DNA of 64,000 nt from a virus. Position numbers and translations under genes: made by a program. Positions 55,037 to 64,000 of this stretch are shown here, piece after piece. The notes under the pieces are model-generated. The model saw only the letters and a list, made by a program, of their open reading frames with translations. It did not search any database and was not told the origin of the DNA. The DNA lies in IMG/VR virus record IMGVR_UViG_3300010400_000003, positions 1 through 64,000 of that record. One strand, written 5' to 3'. How positions within the stretch are numbered: the stretch's first letter is position 1; each line of letters opens with the position of its first letter.

Positions 55037-57892
55037 ATGGCTGCTCCAAAAGGAATCCCGGTCGCACCTCTAACTGGATTGTTGGACACGCGAAGCCTTC
55101 CAGATTTGTTGCCCCAAGGAGCATTGCGCTTTCGCCAAAACTGGCAGACGACCGGAGAAGGCAAGTTGCGCCGCGGCTGCGGGTGGACCAAGGCGTTCTC
55201 GCAAACGCCGTACAACAATCAGGATTTCCACGATCAACTGCTGCTGTTCGGCGGGACGGTGCGCGAGCCTGTTACTGGACTGTTCGAGTTCCAGTCCGCG
55301 CGCGGCATCCGCTCGTTCTGGCTGACGACACAGAGCCGGATTGCCAAACTGAACGAGACGACGGGCAACTGGAAGATCATCGCCAGCGGACTCGGCGGCG
55401 GGGCGGGAACGGATTGCAGTGGGCCGCGCTTCAAGGCGGCGAACGTCGGCGATTACGTGATCTTCACCAACGGCCACGACCGGCCCAAGGTTCACCGCCT
55501 GGAGCAACCGCCGTTCGACGACGTGCTGATTGCGGACCTGCCAGATTTGGAACTCATCGGACTGACCAAAGCGGCGCTGGCGTTCGCGTGGAAGGACATC
55601 GTAATTCTGGCCGACGTAGAGATGGACGGCGAGCGTCACCCGAACCGATTCGTCTGGTCCAACCTCAAAGACCCGCAAGGGTTTGATCCAGGCAATCCCG
55701 CCAGCATCACCGGCCAAGACGAGTTCAACTACGGCGAGCGCATCTTGGCTGGCGGACCAACGACCGCTGGCACGTTCCTGATGTACACGACGGAAGGCAT
55801 TTGGGAACTGAGCACGGTCGGCGACTCCCGCGTGTTCGTGAAGCGCGAGGCGTATCCAGGCCGCAAGGCTGATTTCACCGGCTGCCTCAAGTACCAGAAC
55901 ACGCTCGTTGACATCGGCGGCGACCACATTTACATGGCGAAGGACGGCATCTACGCCTTCAACCCGTATCGCTCGGCACCGGAGTTGATCCTGTGGCTGC
56001 ACCGCGCGTCATCCGTGCTGTTCGACGACATTGACGACAGCGCGTGCGCGGCCTCCATCGGATGGTTTCACGATTCCGAAGCGTTCTTCTCGGTCAAGCG
56101 CAACTCAGATGTCGGCTGCCCTGGAATCACGCTCCGCATCGAAACTCAGTTCAAGGTCGCCGACGTGATTGACCGCGGGTTCACAGCGGCAGCCAATTAC
56201 CGGCCGCAACCGATCCAGACCATCCGCGACTTCATTCTGGACAAACGCATCTGCGACTTGAGTGGGTTGACTGAATCGCTGCTCTCAGAGGATCTGCCGC
56301 CGCCGTTCGAGAACGAGGGCTTGCCGTCACCGCTGGCCGAACCGACGGCGGCGTTCGTGCCGCAACAGTTCTACACCGAGAATTACCAGATCATCGGAGA
56401 TGTCGTGACCGAGGATTGGAACAAGGCGACGGCAGACGCGGATTCGCTGTGCGCCCTGCTGGGCGACACGACGCTTGATGACCTGTGCATCAACTGCGAA
56501 TCCGTCTCGGTGCTCATCGCCGCGTCGTCTCGGGATTGGTGTTTGAAGCAATTCGGCGGGTTTTACCGGGAACGGTGCGCCAATCCGACAGCGACCGGGA
56601 ACTTGGAGCAAACGGTAAACCTGCTCGACTCTGGCGTGGACTTCGCGTTTGTCGTGGACGAGTCGGCGAGCCTGCCAACCGTGCGTGCGATCCTGACTTC
56701 GCTGTCGCTGACTTTGGAGGCCAATTTGAGGGCGGCGCATGTCGGCGCCGGAAGCGTGCCCAACCGATACAGCGTCGTCGCCTTCGGTTACGGCGCGGCG
56801 GCGGAGACACAGGTTGACTGGACAGACTCCGCAACGTTTGCCGCAGCCATGCCCACGCTGGGTCCAACGCATGGCGGCGGATTGGAGGAGGACGCCTACG
56901 AAGGCATTGACTTCGCGATCAACAATCTGGCGTGGCGGGACTCCGATCGGGTGACAAAACTCATCTTTTTCATCACTGACGAAGATCGAAATGTTTGGCT
57001 GTACACGAACGGCGTCGGCCAGGCGGGGCATTTTGCCAGCCTGAAAGCGCAGTTGGTTTCGGGCGGGTTCTTGCTCGCCGGCATGACGAGGGATGCGGCG
57101 GCAGGAATGAAGGATGCGTCCAGCAATCTCATCATTGCCTGCGATTCGACGGTGAACCTCGTGACGGAAGGTGACGGTAGCCAAACGTCGGCGACGGGAA
57201 AATCCTATCGCTCAGACGGCGCGGGCGGGTTTACCGAGAGCGCTGGCGTGGACACGGTATCCGCTGCGTGGGTAAGCGACAGTCCAGGCAAGCCCGACGG
57301 CGCGCAGACGGAATACTTCGATCTGCTGATGGACAAGCAGATCGCCGGTTACTGGTTTAATTACAGTCGGTACGAAAGTGGCGGGCCTGTGGCGGCGTCC
57401 GTGCTGGGAATTATCGTGCCGGTGCTGTCCGAGCGCATCCGCCTGGAACTGAACACCGAACTTTACACCTCCGCCGTCGGCAGCTACATCCTCGACGGAT
57501 ACGATTCGATCATCCGGTTCGCCCCACTCTCTCAGGAAGGCGCGCAAGTCATCGTCGAACGCTTTGGGCTGAAAGGCATTCCCGCCGTTCAGGCCGAGCC
57601 GAGAGACATCGAATTGCGTTGCGGTGTCTCAGGCCAGACGGCGGATTCAAACGACGATCACTGCCCGATTGTCTGGCTGGAACTGACGCCGAAGCAACTG
57701 CGCTGCGTGACTGACCGCACGGCGGCCCAGCACACGGCGGCCAAGACCGTGCCGGCGCAGGACATCTCGTGGCGCTTCCATCGGGTCGGAAAAGTCGTGC
57801 ATCTGGAATTGAAGATCACCGGCACGGGCGGAGATTGTGTGTTGAGCGGCGTTGTCGCGAGCGCGAAGGCGACTCCGGCGAGGAACTTCTGA
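55037..57892 (+). CDS. tail nozzle/stabilisation-type protein with inserted VWA domain
   Basis: propeller-like N-terminus (IFTNG.D.P, RFVWS..DP..FD); FVVDESAS...EDAYEGI...FITDED. Confidence 0.7.
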   Translation: MAAPKGIPVAPLTGLLDTRSLPDLLPQGALRFRQNWQTTGEGKLRRGCGWTKAFSQTPYNNQDFHDQLLLFGGTVREPVTGLFEFQSARGIRSFWLTTQSRIAKLNETTGNWKIIASGLGGGAGTDCSGPRFKAANVGDYVIFTNGHDRPKVHRLEQPPFDDVLIADLPDLELIGLTKAALAFAWKDIVILADVEMDGERHPNRFVWSNLKDPQGFDPGNPASITGQDEFNYGERILAGGPTTAGTFLMYTTEGIWELSTVGDSRVFVKREAYPGRKADFTGCLKYQNTLVDIGGDHIYMAKDGIYAFNPYRSAPELILWLHRASSVLFDDIDDSACAASIGWFHDSEAFFSVKRNSDVGCPGITLRIETQFKVADVIDRGFTAAANYRPQPIQTIRDFILDKRICDLSGLTESLLSEDLPPPFENEGLPSPLAEPTAAFVPQQFYTENYQIIGDVVTEDWNKATADADSLCALLGDTTLDDLCINCESVSVLIAASSRDWCLKQFGGFYRERCANPTATGNLEQTVNLLDSGVDFAFVVDESASLPTVRAILTSLSLTLEANLRAAHVGAGSVPNRYSVVAFGYGAAAETQVDWTDSATFAAAMPTLGPTHGGGLEEDAYEGIDFAINNLAWRDSDRVTKLIFFITDEDRNVWLYTNGVGQAGHFASLKAQLVSGGFLLAGMTRDAAAGMKDASSNLIIACDSTVNLVTEGDGSQTSATGKSYRSDGAGGFTESAGVDTVSAAWVSDSPGKPDGAQTEYFDLLMDKQIAGYWFNYSRYESGGPVAASVLGIIVPVLSERIRLELNTELYTSAVGSYILDGYDSIIRFAPLSQEGAQVIVERFGLKGIPAVQAEPRDIELRCGVSGQTADSNDDHCPIVWLELTPKQLRCVTDRTAAQHTAAKTVPAQDISWRFHRVGKVVHLELKITGTGGDCVLSGVVASAKATPARNF

Positions 57893-58170
57893 TGCGCGTC
57901 ATCATCCTCGACACCCAAACCGGTATCAGCCATGAAGTAGGCGACGGGCAGAGTTCGTATTATTGGACGGACGGCAACGGTTCATGCGATTGCAACCGGC
58001 GGCTGCTTTGCAGTGTTGAGTCCGATAAACCAGATGGCGTGTGCGAGGGGCACGAGCGATTTCTGATTTCGAGAGTTCTTTCAGTTGAGGAAGGCGACAC
58101 CGCCTGCACGCTGGCTGAACTGAACGAGCATTATCCCGCCACGCTGAAGAAGCGGCACGGGATCAACTGA
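57892..58170 (+). CDS. hypothetical protein
   Basis: YYWTDGNGSCDCNR. Confidence 0.65.
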   Translation: MRVIILDTQTGISHEVGDGQSSYYWTDGNGSCDCNRRLLCSVESDKPDGVCEGHERFLISRVLSVEEGDTACTLAELNEHYPATLKKRHGIN

Positions 58171-58171
58171 C

Positions 58172-58387
58172 ATGGCGACCACAAAACAGCAGAAGCTCGA
58201 CAGCCTGGCGACCAGCCCGGCGACTGGACAGTTCCACGTCGAACCGCTGCCCAAGCTGTCCGAGATGGCGATGGGCTACGGGTTCAAGCGCGGGAACGAG
58301 ATGTGGGACGAGGCAATGGAACGCTGGCGGGTGAATCTTGAAAAGGCGGTCAACAAAATCCTTAGCGAGCGGGACGCCTCGACTTGA
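58172..58387 (+). CDS. hypothetical protein
   Basis: coupled ORF. Confidence 0.55.
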   Translation: MATTKQQKLDSLATSPATGQFHVEPLPKLSEMAMGYGFKRGNEMWDEAMERWRVNLEKAVNKILSERDAST

Positions 58388-59049
58388 AAACATTCTTCAT
58401 CACCGGCCTGCCGCGCAGCCGCACCGCATGGCTCGCCAACTTCTTGACGCACGGGGATGTCTCGTTCTGCTTCCACGACGGTTTGAGGTTCGGAGGTCCT
58501 GAAGGATTGCTCCGAAAAATGGTGGAAGCGAGGCCCGCGTCTGGATTTGTCGGCGACTCAGACAGCGCGTTGCTCTTGTTTTACGAGCAGATCGAATCGC
58601 TTTTTCCGCTCTCTCCGTGGGTGGTTATTCACCGGCCAGTTGACGAAGCGGTGCGAAGTTTCATGGCGTCCATCCCCGCATCCTATTATCCAGAAGTTGC
58701 AGATGGTGCACGGGTGTCTCGCGATTTCGATTATCTGTCACGCAAGATGGATGCGCTCGAACGTCTCATAGACGATCAGCGGTTGCTGCGAGTAAACTAC
58801 GATGATCTTCAGCACGAGCGGACGGCGCGTTCGATTTGGGATCATTCATGGATTCCGCACACGTTTCCTATCGCCCGCTGGCAAATGCTGGATGCGTTGC
58901 GAGTCACGATGATCGCCGAAAAATCCATGCCGGACGCCGGCTTGCTGAAGGCCGCGGCTGAGATCGCGCTTGACTATCCTGCCGCAGAAGGGCATAGCGA
59001 AGCCGTGAAAACACATCACGCCAACCTTCTTCCCGCAGGAGTTCGCTAA
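58384..59049 (+). CDS. sulfotransferase-like P-loop protein
   Basis: FFITGLPRSRTAWLANFL, GDSD, VVIHRP...SF. Confidence 0.75.
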   Translation: MKTFFITGLPRSRTAWLANFLTHGDVSFCFHDGLRFGGPEGLLRKMVEARPASGFVGDSDSALLLFYEQIESLFPLSPWVVIHRPVDEAVRSFMASIPASYYPEVADGARVSRDFDYLSRKMDALERLIDDQRLLRVNYDDLQHERTARSIWDHSWIPHTFPIARWQMLDALRVTMIAEKSMPDAGLLKAAAEIALDYPAAEGHSEAVKTHHANLLPAGVR

Positions 59050-60140
59050 TGGCCGCCGCCGCAGGTGCCATCATTGGGGCCGGGCTGGGCGTGGCCGAGC
59101 CGTTGGTCGGCAGCGGCAAGAACCGCGTCGTCCGTCTGGATCGCTACCCGGAAATTACGGATCAGCGGTTGCCGGATTTGTTCAAGGATTACGACGCTTC
59201 CAGAACCTCTGGCAAGGATGCGTTCGACGAATGGCTGAAATCTTGGACCGCCGATATTGGCAGCGCGAACGCCTTGGCAACCCAAGAAAGAGGCGGCTGG
59301 GATCGCTACTGGAATTTGGGCGGTACCGGCCTTCTGCCGGAACAGCAAGACTGGCTGACGCGCTTCGGCGGGGCAACGCGCACAGCGACCGACCTTGGCA
59401 ATGCCTACGCGCTGCGAAACCAGAATCTTGATCGCATTGGAGGTGGGGGAGGGGGCAATAGTTGGGCCATGCGCGCATTGGCTGGGGACGCCGCCGGGCG
59501 CGAAAGCCAAATGTTGCTGGCGCTGCTTTCCCAAGAGCAGGCGATGCGCGACAGAAACGAGGCGACCAAACTCGCCAGCGGAGGCATCCGACAGGCAATC
59601 CAAGACGCCCTGACGAACCGGGCTTACATGCCGACCGATCGTCTGCGGGCAGACTACGGTTGGGACACGAGCGCATTGGCAAGCCTCATTCCAATTTTGC
59701 AGGCCAGCACGATCACCGGCATCAAGCATACGCCGAGCGGCGGACAGAAAGCGATTGCGGCCATCCGCGGTGGGCTGAGCGGCGCCATGGGCGGCGCCAT
59801 GGGAAACTTCGGCGGCGGTGGGGGTGGTGGAGGCGGAAGCGGTGCGAGTGCCGGCCAATCCTCGATCAACTGGCTTGGCGCTGGAACCGGCCCTGGCGGT
59901 GGAGGCGGCGGATGGGGCGGCGGTGCGCCGAATCAATATGGCCAAGGGCTGTCGAACATCGCCCAATCGTTCGGCTCGATCTACGGGGCGCTGGCTGGCC
60001 GGCCGACAACCGCGAGCGCCGCGCCTTACGCGCCCGATTGGGGATTCTACAATTCGATCAACCAGCCTCCGGCTGCCAGCGGCGGCGGGTGGTCTTTCCC
60101 GGCGTTGGGGAACACTTGGGGATCCATCGCCGGAATTTGA
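59049..60140 (+). CDS. putative internal virion/ejection protein
   Basis: AAAGAIIGAGLG start, Gly-rich, follows tail genes. Confidence 0.65.
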   Translation: MAAAAGAIIGAGLGVAEPLVGSGKNRVVRLDRYPEITDQRLPDLFKDYDASRTSGKDAFDEWLKSWTADIGSANALATQERGGWDRYWNLGGTGLLPEQQDWLTRFGGATRTATDLGNAYALRNQNLDRIGGGGGGNSWAMRALAGDAAGRESQMLLALLSQEQAMRDRNEATKLASGGIRQAIQDALTNRAYMPTDRLRADYGWDTSALASLIPILQASTITGIKHTPSGGQKAIAAIRGGLSGAMGGAMGNFGGGGGGGGGSGASAGQSSINWLGAGTGPGGGGGGWGGGAPNQYGQGLSNIAQSFGSIYGALAGRPTTASAAPYAPDWGFYNSINQPPAASGGGWSFPALGNTWGSIAGI

Positions 60141-60143
60141 GCC

Positions 60144-61109
60144 ATGCCATCGGTCCTTTACGCCAACGACTTCGGCCAACTAGGCGGGCTGATGCAGAAC
60201 GAGGTTGCCCGCGAAGCAACGCTCGCGGAAGCGGATCGTCGCGCGCGCCAGCAGCAGGCTCAATTTGAAGCGGCGCAACGGGCGGCAGCGATTCAAAATC
60301 TCCAAACGCTCGCACTGCACAACGCGCAACTAAAAGCCTTAGAGGCCCAGCACGCCGATACGCTGCGATTGCAAGAGCGCGGGCTGAAGCTCGACGAGGA
60401 TTACCGCAAGTGGCTGATGCAACAGCCGTCCAAAGACACGGCGAAGGTGGACGCTCAAGCGGAGAACTTCGCGCTGCAAAAGCTCGTCACCGATGTCAAC
60501 ACCGACGGCTCGCTCGACACGGAAAGCGACGCCTTCAAAAAGGCGCATCCGTTGGTGCAGCAAACTCTTTTGGCCGCCGCGGCTGAGAAGCAGAAGGAAA
60601 TCAAACCGCGACTGGACCGGAGGCTTGCCGCGCTGAACGTCGCGAACCAGGTTGCCCGCATGGAGCAGGTCGCCGCCGGCATCGAGGCGACTCCAAAGCC
60701 GTCGGTTGGACTCGGAGAAGGTGACGACGAGACGCCAACGACGCCACACCGCGGATTGAACTTTCGAGTGCCCGACTGGCTTGGCGGCGCGAAGTCGAAC
60801 GACCCGAAAGCCATCGCACAGGACCTCAAGACCAAGGCGACTGAGTTGCGCGCGAAAAACGCTAAGTTGTTGGAGGAAGCGGGCCTTACCCAAGACCCCA
60901 AGACGAAGCACTTCACGACGCAGTTCCCGGACTGGTACAAGGAAGTCGTCGGGCGTCAACTGCGCATGGCCGCGCCGCCGACGGCGGGCACGAACATGCC
61001 GACGATGCCCGTGCGTGTGCGCCTGAGCGATGGACGCATCCTCCGCACCACGAGCGACAAGCTTCCGGCGGTCGCCACGCGCGATCCAAACGCAGTCCTG
61101 TTGCAGTAA
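60144..61109 (+). CDS. putative internal virion protein
   Basis: Q/A-rich helical; position. Confidence 0.6.
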   Translation: MPSVLYANDFGQLGGLMQNEVAREATLAEADRRARQQQAQFEAAQRAAAIQNLQTLALHNAQLKALEAQHADTLRLQERGLKLDEDYRKWLMQQPSKDTAKVDAQAENFALQKLVTDVNTDGSLDTESDAFKKAHPLVQQTLLAAAAEKQKEIKPRLDRRLAALNVANQVARMEQVAAGIEATPKPSVGLGEGDDETPTTPHRGLNFRVPDWLGGAKSNDPKAIAQDLKTKATELRAKNAKLLEEAGLTQDPKTKHFTTQFPDWYKEVVGRQLRMAAPPTAGTNMPTMPVRVRLSDGRILRTTSDKLPAVATRDPNAVLLQ

Positions 61110-61161
61110 CCGCGAAGTGATTTCTTGCCTTCCCGCTTGAACTGGTGCTAAGTCTGTCCAC

Positions 61162-64000
61162 ATGGCGCAAGCGCCCACTGATGTCAGCGACCTCGGAGTA
61201 ATCGAGAAACGAAGTCCACTCCCGGACTTTTCAGACCTCGGCGTGATCGAACCTGTGGCGCAAGGCGCACCGGATTTTTCCGACTTGGGGGAACTTGAGC
61301 CGCGCCGCATCGAACCTCCCGCCGATCTGAGCGGAGTCAAAGACGCCCGCGCTCCGATCTTCTTAGGCCGAGACTATCAGGTGGTCGAACCCTATCGCGA
61401 CCCGAACGCGGCGCTGCGGGCAGATACCACCGGGCCGGTCGGTCGCACCCTGCGATTCATCGGCCAGAAGCTCGAACCGATCACGCCGAAGCGAACAGCC
61501 TTTCCGTTCCTGAACGCGGCGGACCTGGCGGCGGGAGATTTCCGTCACATGCTGGGCGACTACGACCCGGAGACAGGCGAAGTCAGCAACTCGCAGTTTC
61601 TACCAGACGCGCCCGCGCCGACGTGGGCCAAGGTTGCGACCGGGGCAGAACGCGGAGTTGCCCAAGTTGCCGGCGCGGCCATGCCGTGGGTGATTGCCGG
61701 CCCGCTAGTTGGCGGCGCCACTCGCCTCCCACTCGCCGCCCGCACGGTGTCAGCGGTGTTTGCCGCCGACATGATCCGGCAGTTGCCAGATCAGGTACAG
61801 GTGTTCCTGGATGCCGTGGACAAGGGTGACACGCAAACGGCGGTTCAGGCGGGCGTAGGCGGTTCAGCGGGCGCGCTTCTCGCCTCGCTCGCGCTTTACC
61901 ATGCGGTAGCTCCGACCAAGGTTCCACGATTGGACGCGCTCGGGAATCCAATCATTGACCCCGCCACAGGAGAACCAGCATTTGACACCCGAGGCATCGC
62001 GCAGGAGTCACCCGCCATCCGCGCTTTGCTGACGCGGAAGATTACCACCGAATACACGCCGGAACAGATCAAGGAGGTTTATTCGCGTGTGAACCTCGGT
62101 CAGGCGAATCCCGCCGAGCAGGAACTCGTGCGGTTCATCAACAGCGCGTTGGAGCGTCCGGGCGAGGCCGTGCGCAAAGGCGCGACAGTCACGGAAGCGT
62201 TTCCGCGAATCGAAAATGAATTCTGGCGGAAATTTCTCGGTCTGAAAGAAGGCGAGCGCACGGTCACAATCGCGGGTGAGAAACCCGCACAACCCACAGG
62301 AGGCCCAAGTGCCGTTAATCCAGTCAGCGAGTCCGGCGGCGTTCAAAGCGAATCTGCACGAACTCTCCAAATCGGGAAAGAGAACGAACAAACAAAACCT
62401 CGCGATCGCGTTCCGAGTCCAGCGGGGCAACCGCCCGAAAGGCCGAACGCTCCGGCTCAAGCCGCGCAAGCGCCTGTCAGCCTGACGCGCGATGCGGCAA
62501 TCAAGGAACTCAGACTTGAGGGCGTAACACAAGCCGATGCCGAAGCGTTGGTTGACGGAAAGAAAACCGTCAAGGATGTCGTCGAAGGCAATTTCAAAAT
62601 CACGCCATCTCGCGTTGTCGGAGAGGAGCAGGGCCACGATGAAGCCTTTGTTGAGGGATACAACCAAGCGATCGAACGGCTTTCAAACATAGTTCGGAAA
62701 TCCAAACCAGCCCTTCCCTCAAGTGCGACCAAGGAGACGCCTCCGGCGGCGGAACCAATAAAAACGACTCCGCCGCCGCCCGTCAAACCACCCGGGGACG
62801 CGATCGAATCCCGCTCGCCAGAGGATCAGGCCCGCAGTGCAGAAGCCGGGAAGGACATGGTTCGTCTTGGGCAGCTTGAAGGTTTGGAGTCAGCTGGGAT
62901 GTTGACGACCTCGAAGCGATCCGAATTGGAAGCTTTGAGAGCAAAGATTAAGGCCGCACCCAAGCCAACTACTAATCCAGAACTAAAACCGGAAGAATTA
63001 GTTTCTGAGCCTGCCGCTCCCGAAGTGAAGCCCGCCGAACCGCCTGTAGTGGCCGGCGGTACTCCGCCGGTCGCTCCAACTCCAACGGAAGAATCAATTC
63101 TCGCTCCACGTTCAGAGCAAATTCAGTCCGCACCAGCCGAACACGTAAGAGCTTTCGAGGAACTTCGGAACATCACGATTGACTTCAACAACAAAAAGCT
63201 ATCTCGCAAGAAAAGAGATGCGCTGATACCGAGAGCGCAAGAACTTCGCAGCGAGCTTTCACGCGCCGGATACACTCCAGACCAAATCAAAGATGTCGAA
63301 ATGGGAAAGCGCGGTGTTCCACTCCCAGAATCCGCTCCCGCCGCTCCCGCGCAAGCTCCGGCGAAACCCGAACCACTCGACACGCTCGGCAATCCTGAAT
63401 CATTCTACGCCACGAAGTCGCTCATGGGCGCGCAGATGCGGCGCAGTCCGAAGCTCGCGGCGGCGATGAAGTTCTACGGCGTCAAGACCGTGAAGGATTT
63501 GAACCGTCTGGCGACGCGGCGGTTTGCGGAGATGCGCGAGCGTGAGGCGGTTAAAGAAACCAGCGAATCGCACACGCAGGTTAAACCGACTCCCCTTAAC
63601 CAGAATGTGCAAACCGGCGAGAATCTTAACCAGCCATTCGTTGCGGAGATTCTCCAAGCCGTAGCCGCAGACCCGTATGCGCTGACGAAGAACATCACGC
63701 GCAATCAGCAGGACGAAGGCTATACGGATCGCTTGCGCTTCAAGTCTGGTTCTCAGGAATACATCGCCTTGCTCCGACCCGAGAAGCGCAACACAGGTTC
63801 GCGGGCGATGTTCAATCATCCAGAGCAACTGGACGTGTTTCATTCGTCGGACACAGCGATGACTCGAAGGCTGGCGAGAATTGATTTCTCAGAGATTAGC
63901 AAGCCGGCGATTGCAGAGGTCTTGCCGGCCCCGCCAGTTGTAAAGGAATCGCTTACAACTGCTGCTCCCGTAGCCGAACCAGAGCCGAAGCCAGCCGTTC
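61162..64000 (+). CDS. very large putative ejection/polyvalent protein, truncated
   Basis: MAQAPTDVSDLGV.. with D(F/V)SDLG repeats; appears open to the window end. Confidence 0.75.
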   Translation, partial: MAQAPTDVSDLGVIEKRSPLPDFSDLGVIEPVAQGAPDFSDLGELEPRRIEPPADLSGVKDARAPIFLGRDYQVVEPYRDPNAALRADTTGPVGRTLRFIGQKLEPITPKRTAFPFLNAADLAAGDFRHMLGDYDPETGEVSNSQFLPDAPAPTWAKVATGAERGVAQVAGAAMPWVIAGPLVGGATRLPLAARTVSAVFAADMIRQLPDQVQVFLDAVDKGDTQTAVQAGVGGSAGALLASLALYHAVAPTKVPRLDALGNPIIDPATGEPAFDTRGIAQESPAIRALLTRKITTEYTPEQIKEVYSRVNLGQANPAEQELVRFINSALERPGEAVRKGATVTEAFPRIENEFWRKFLGLKEGERTVTIAGEKPAQPTGGPSAVNPVSESGGVQSESARTLQIGKENEQTKPRDRVPSPAGQPPERPNAPAQAAQAPVSLTRDAAIKELRLEGVTQADAEALVDGKKTVKDVVEGNFKITPSRVVGEEQGHDEAFVEGYNQAIERLSNIVRKSKPALPSSATKETPPAAEPIKTTPPPPVKPPGDAIESRSPEDQARSAEAGKDMVRLGQLEGLESAGMLTTSKRSELEALRAKIKAAPKPTTNPELKPEELVSEPAAPEVKPAEPPVVAGGTPPVAPTPTEESILAPRSEQIQSAPAEHVRAFEELRNITIDFNNKKLSRKKRDALIPRAQELRSELSRAGYTPDQIKDVEMGKRGVPLPESAPAAPAQAPAKPEPLDTLGNPESFYATKSLMGAQMRRSPKLAAAMKFYGVKTVKDLNRLATRRFAEMREREAVKETSESHTQVKPTPLNQNVQTGENLNQPFVAEILQAVAADPYALTKNITRNQQDEGYTDRLRFKSGSQEYIALLRPEKRNTGSRAMFNHPEQLDVFHSSDTAMTRRLARIDFSEISKPAIAEVLPAPPVVKESLTTAAPVAEPEPKPAV

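Overview
The whole window is the genome of a GC-rich tailed phage. It looks podovirus-like: TerL, portal, scaffold, capsid, adaptor, nozzle and ejection proteins, with no sheath or tape-measure gene visible. It is probably circularly permuted, and no flanking host genes are seen. It carries a replication/recombination module (ERF, YqaJ, DUF1376-type initiator, primase-helicase, RusA), an early-gene cluster, glycosyltransferase/methyltransferase genes, four free-standing homing endonucleases and a holin region. The main discovery is a complete phage-borne integron (IntI-type integrase, attI, five attC cassettes; 10001-12691) inside the glycan-modification operon. Every cassette ORF is antisense to its attC, starts inside its own attC loop, crosses the recombination point in the same codon phase (AAC, Asn) and takes its stop codon from the neighbouring site. 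Shuffling would therefore keep one continuous operon that ends in intI. Other notable signals: a Tat-signal micro-protein carrying a copy of a major-capsid segment, a C4-like antisense RNA followed by a larger structured RNA, a degenerate CAT tRNA, a palindromic operator regulon, leaderless late promoters, fibre-like proteins with signal peptides, and recoded gene ends next to homing endonucleases. Family assignments come from motif recognition by eye, not database searches. A PVC-group (Verrucomicrobia-like) host is only an inference.
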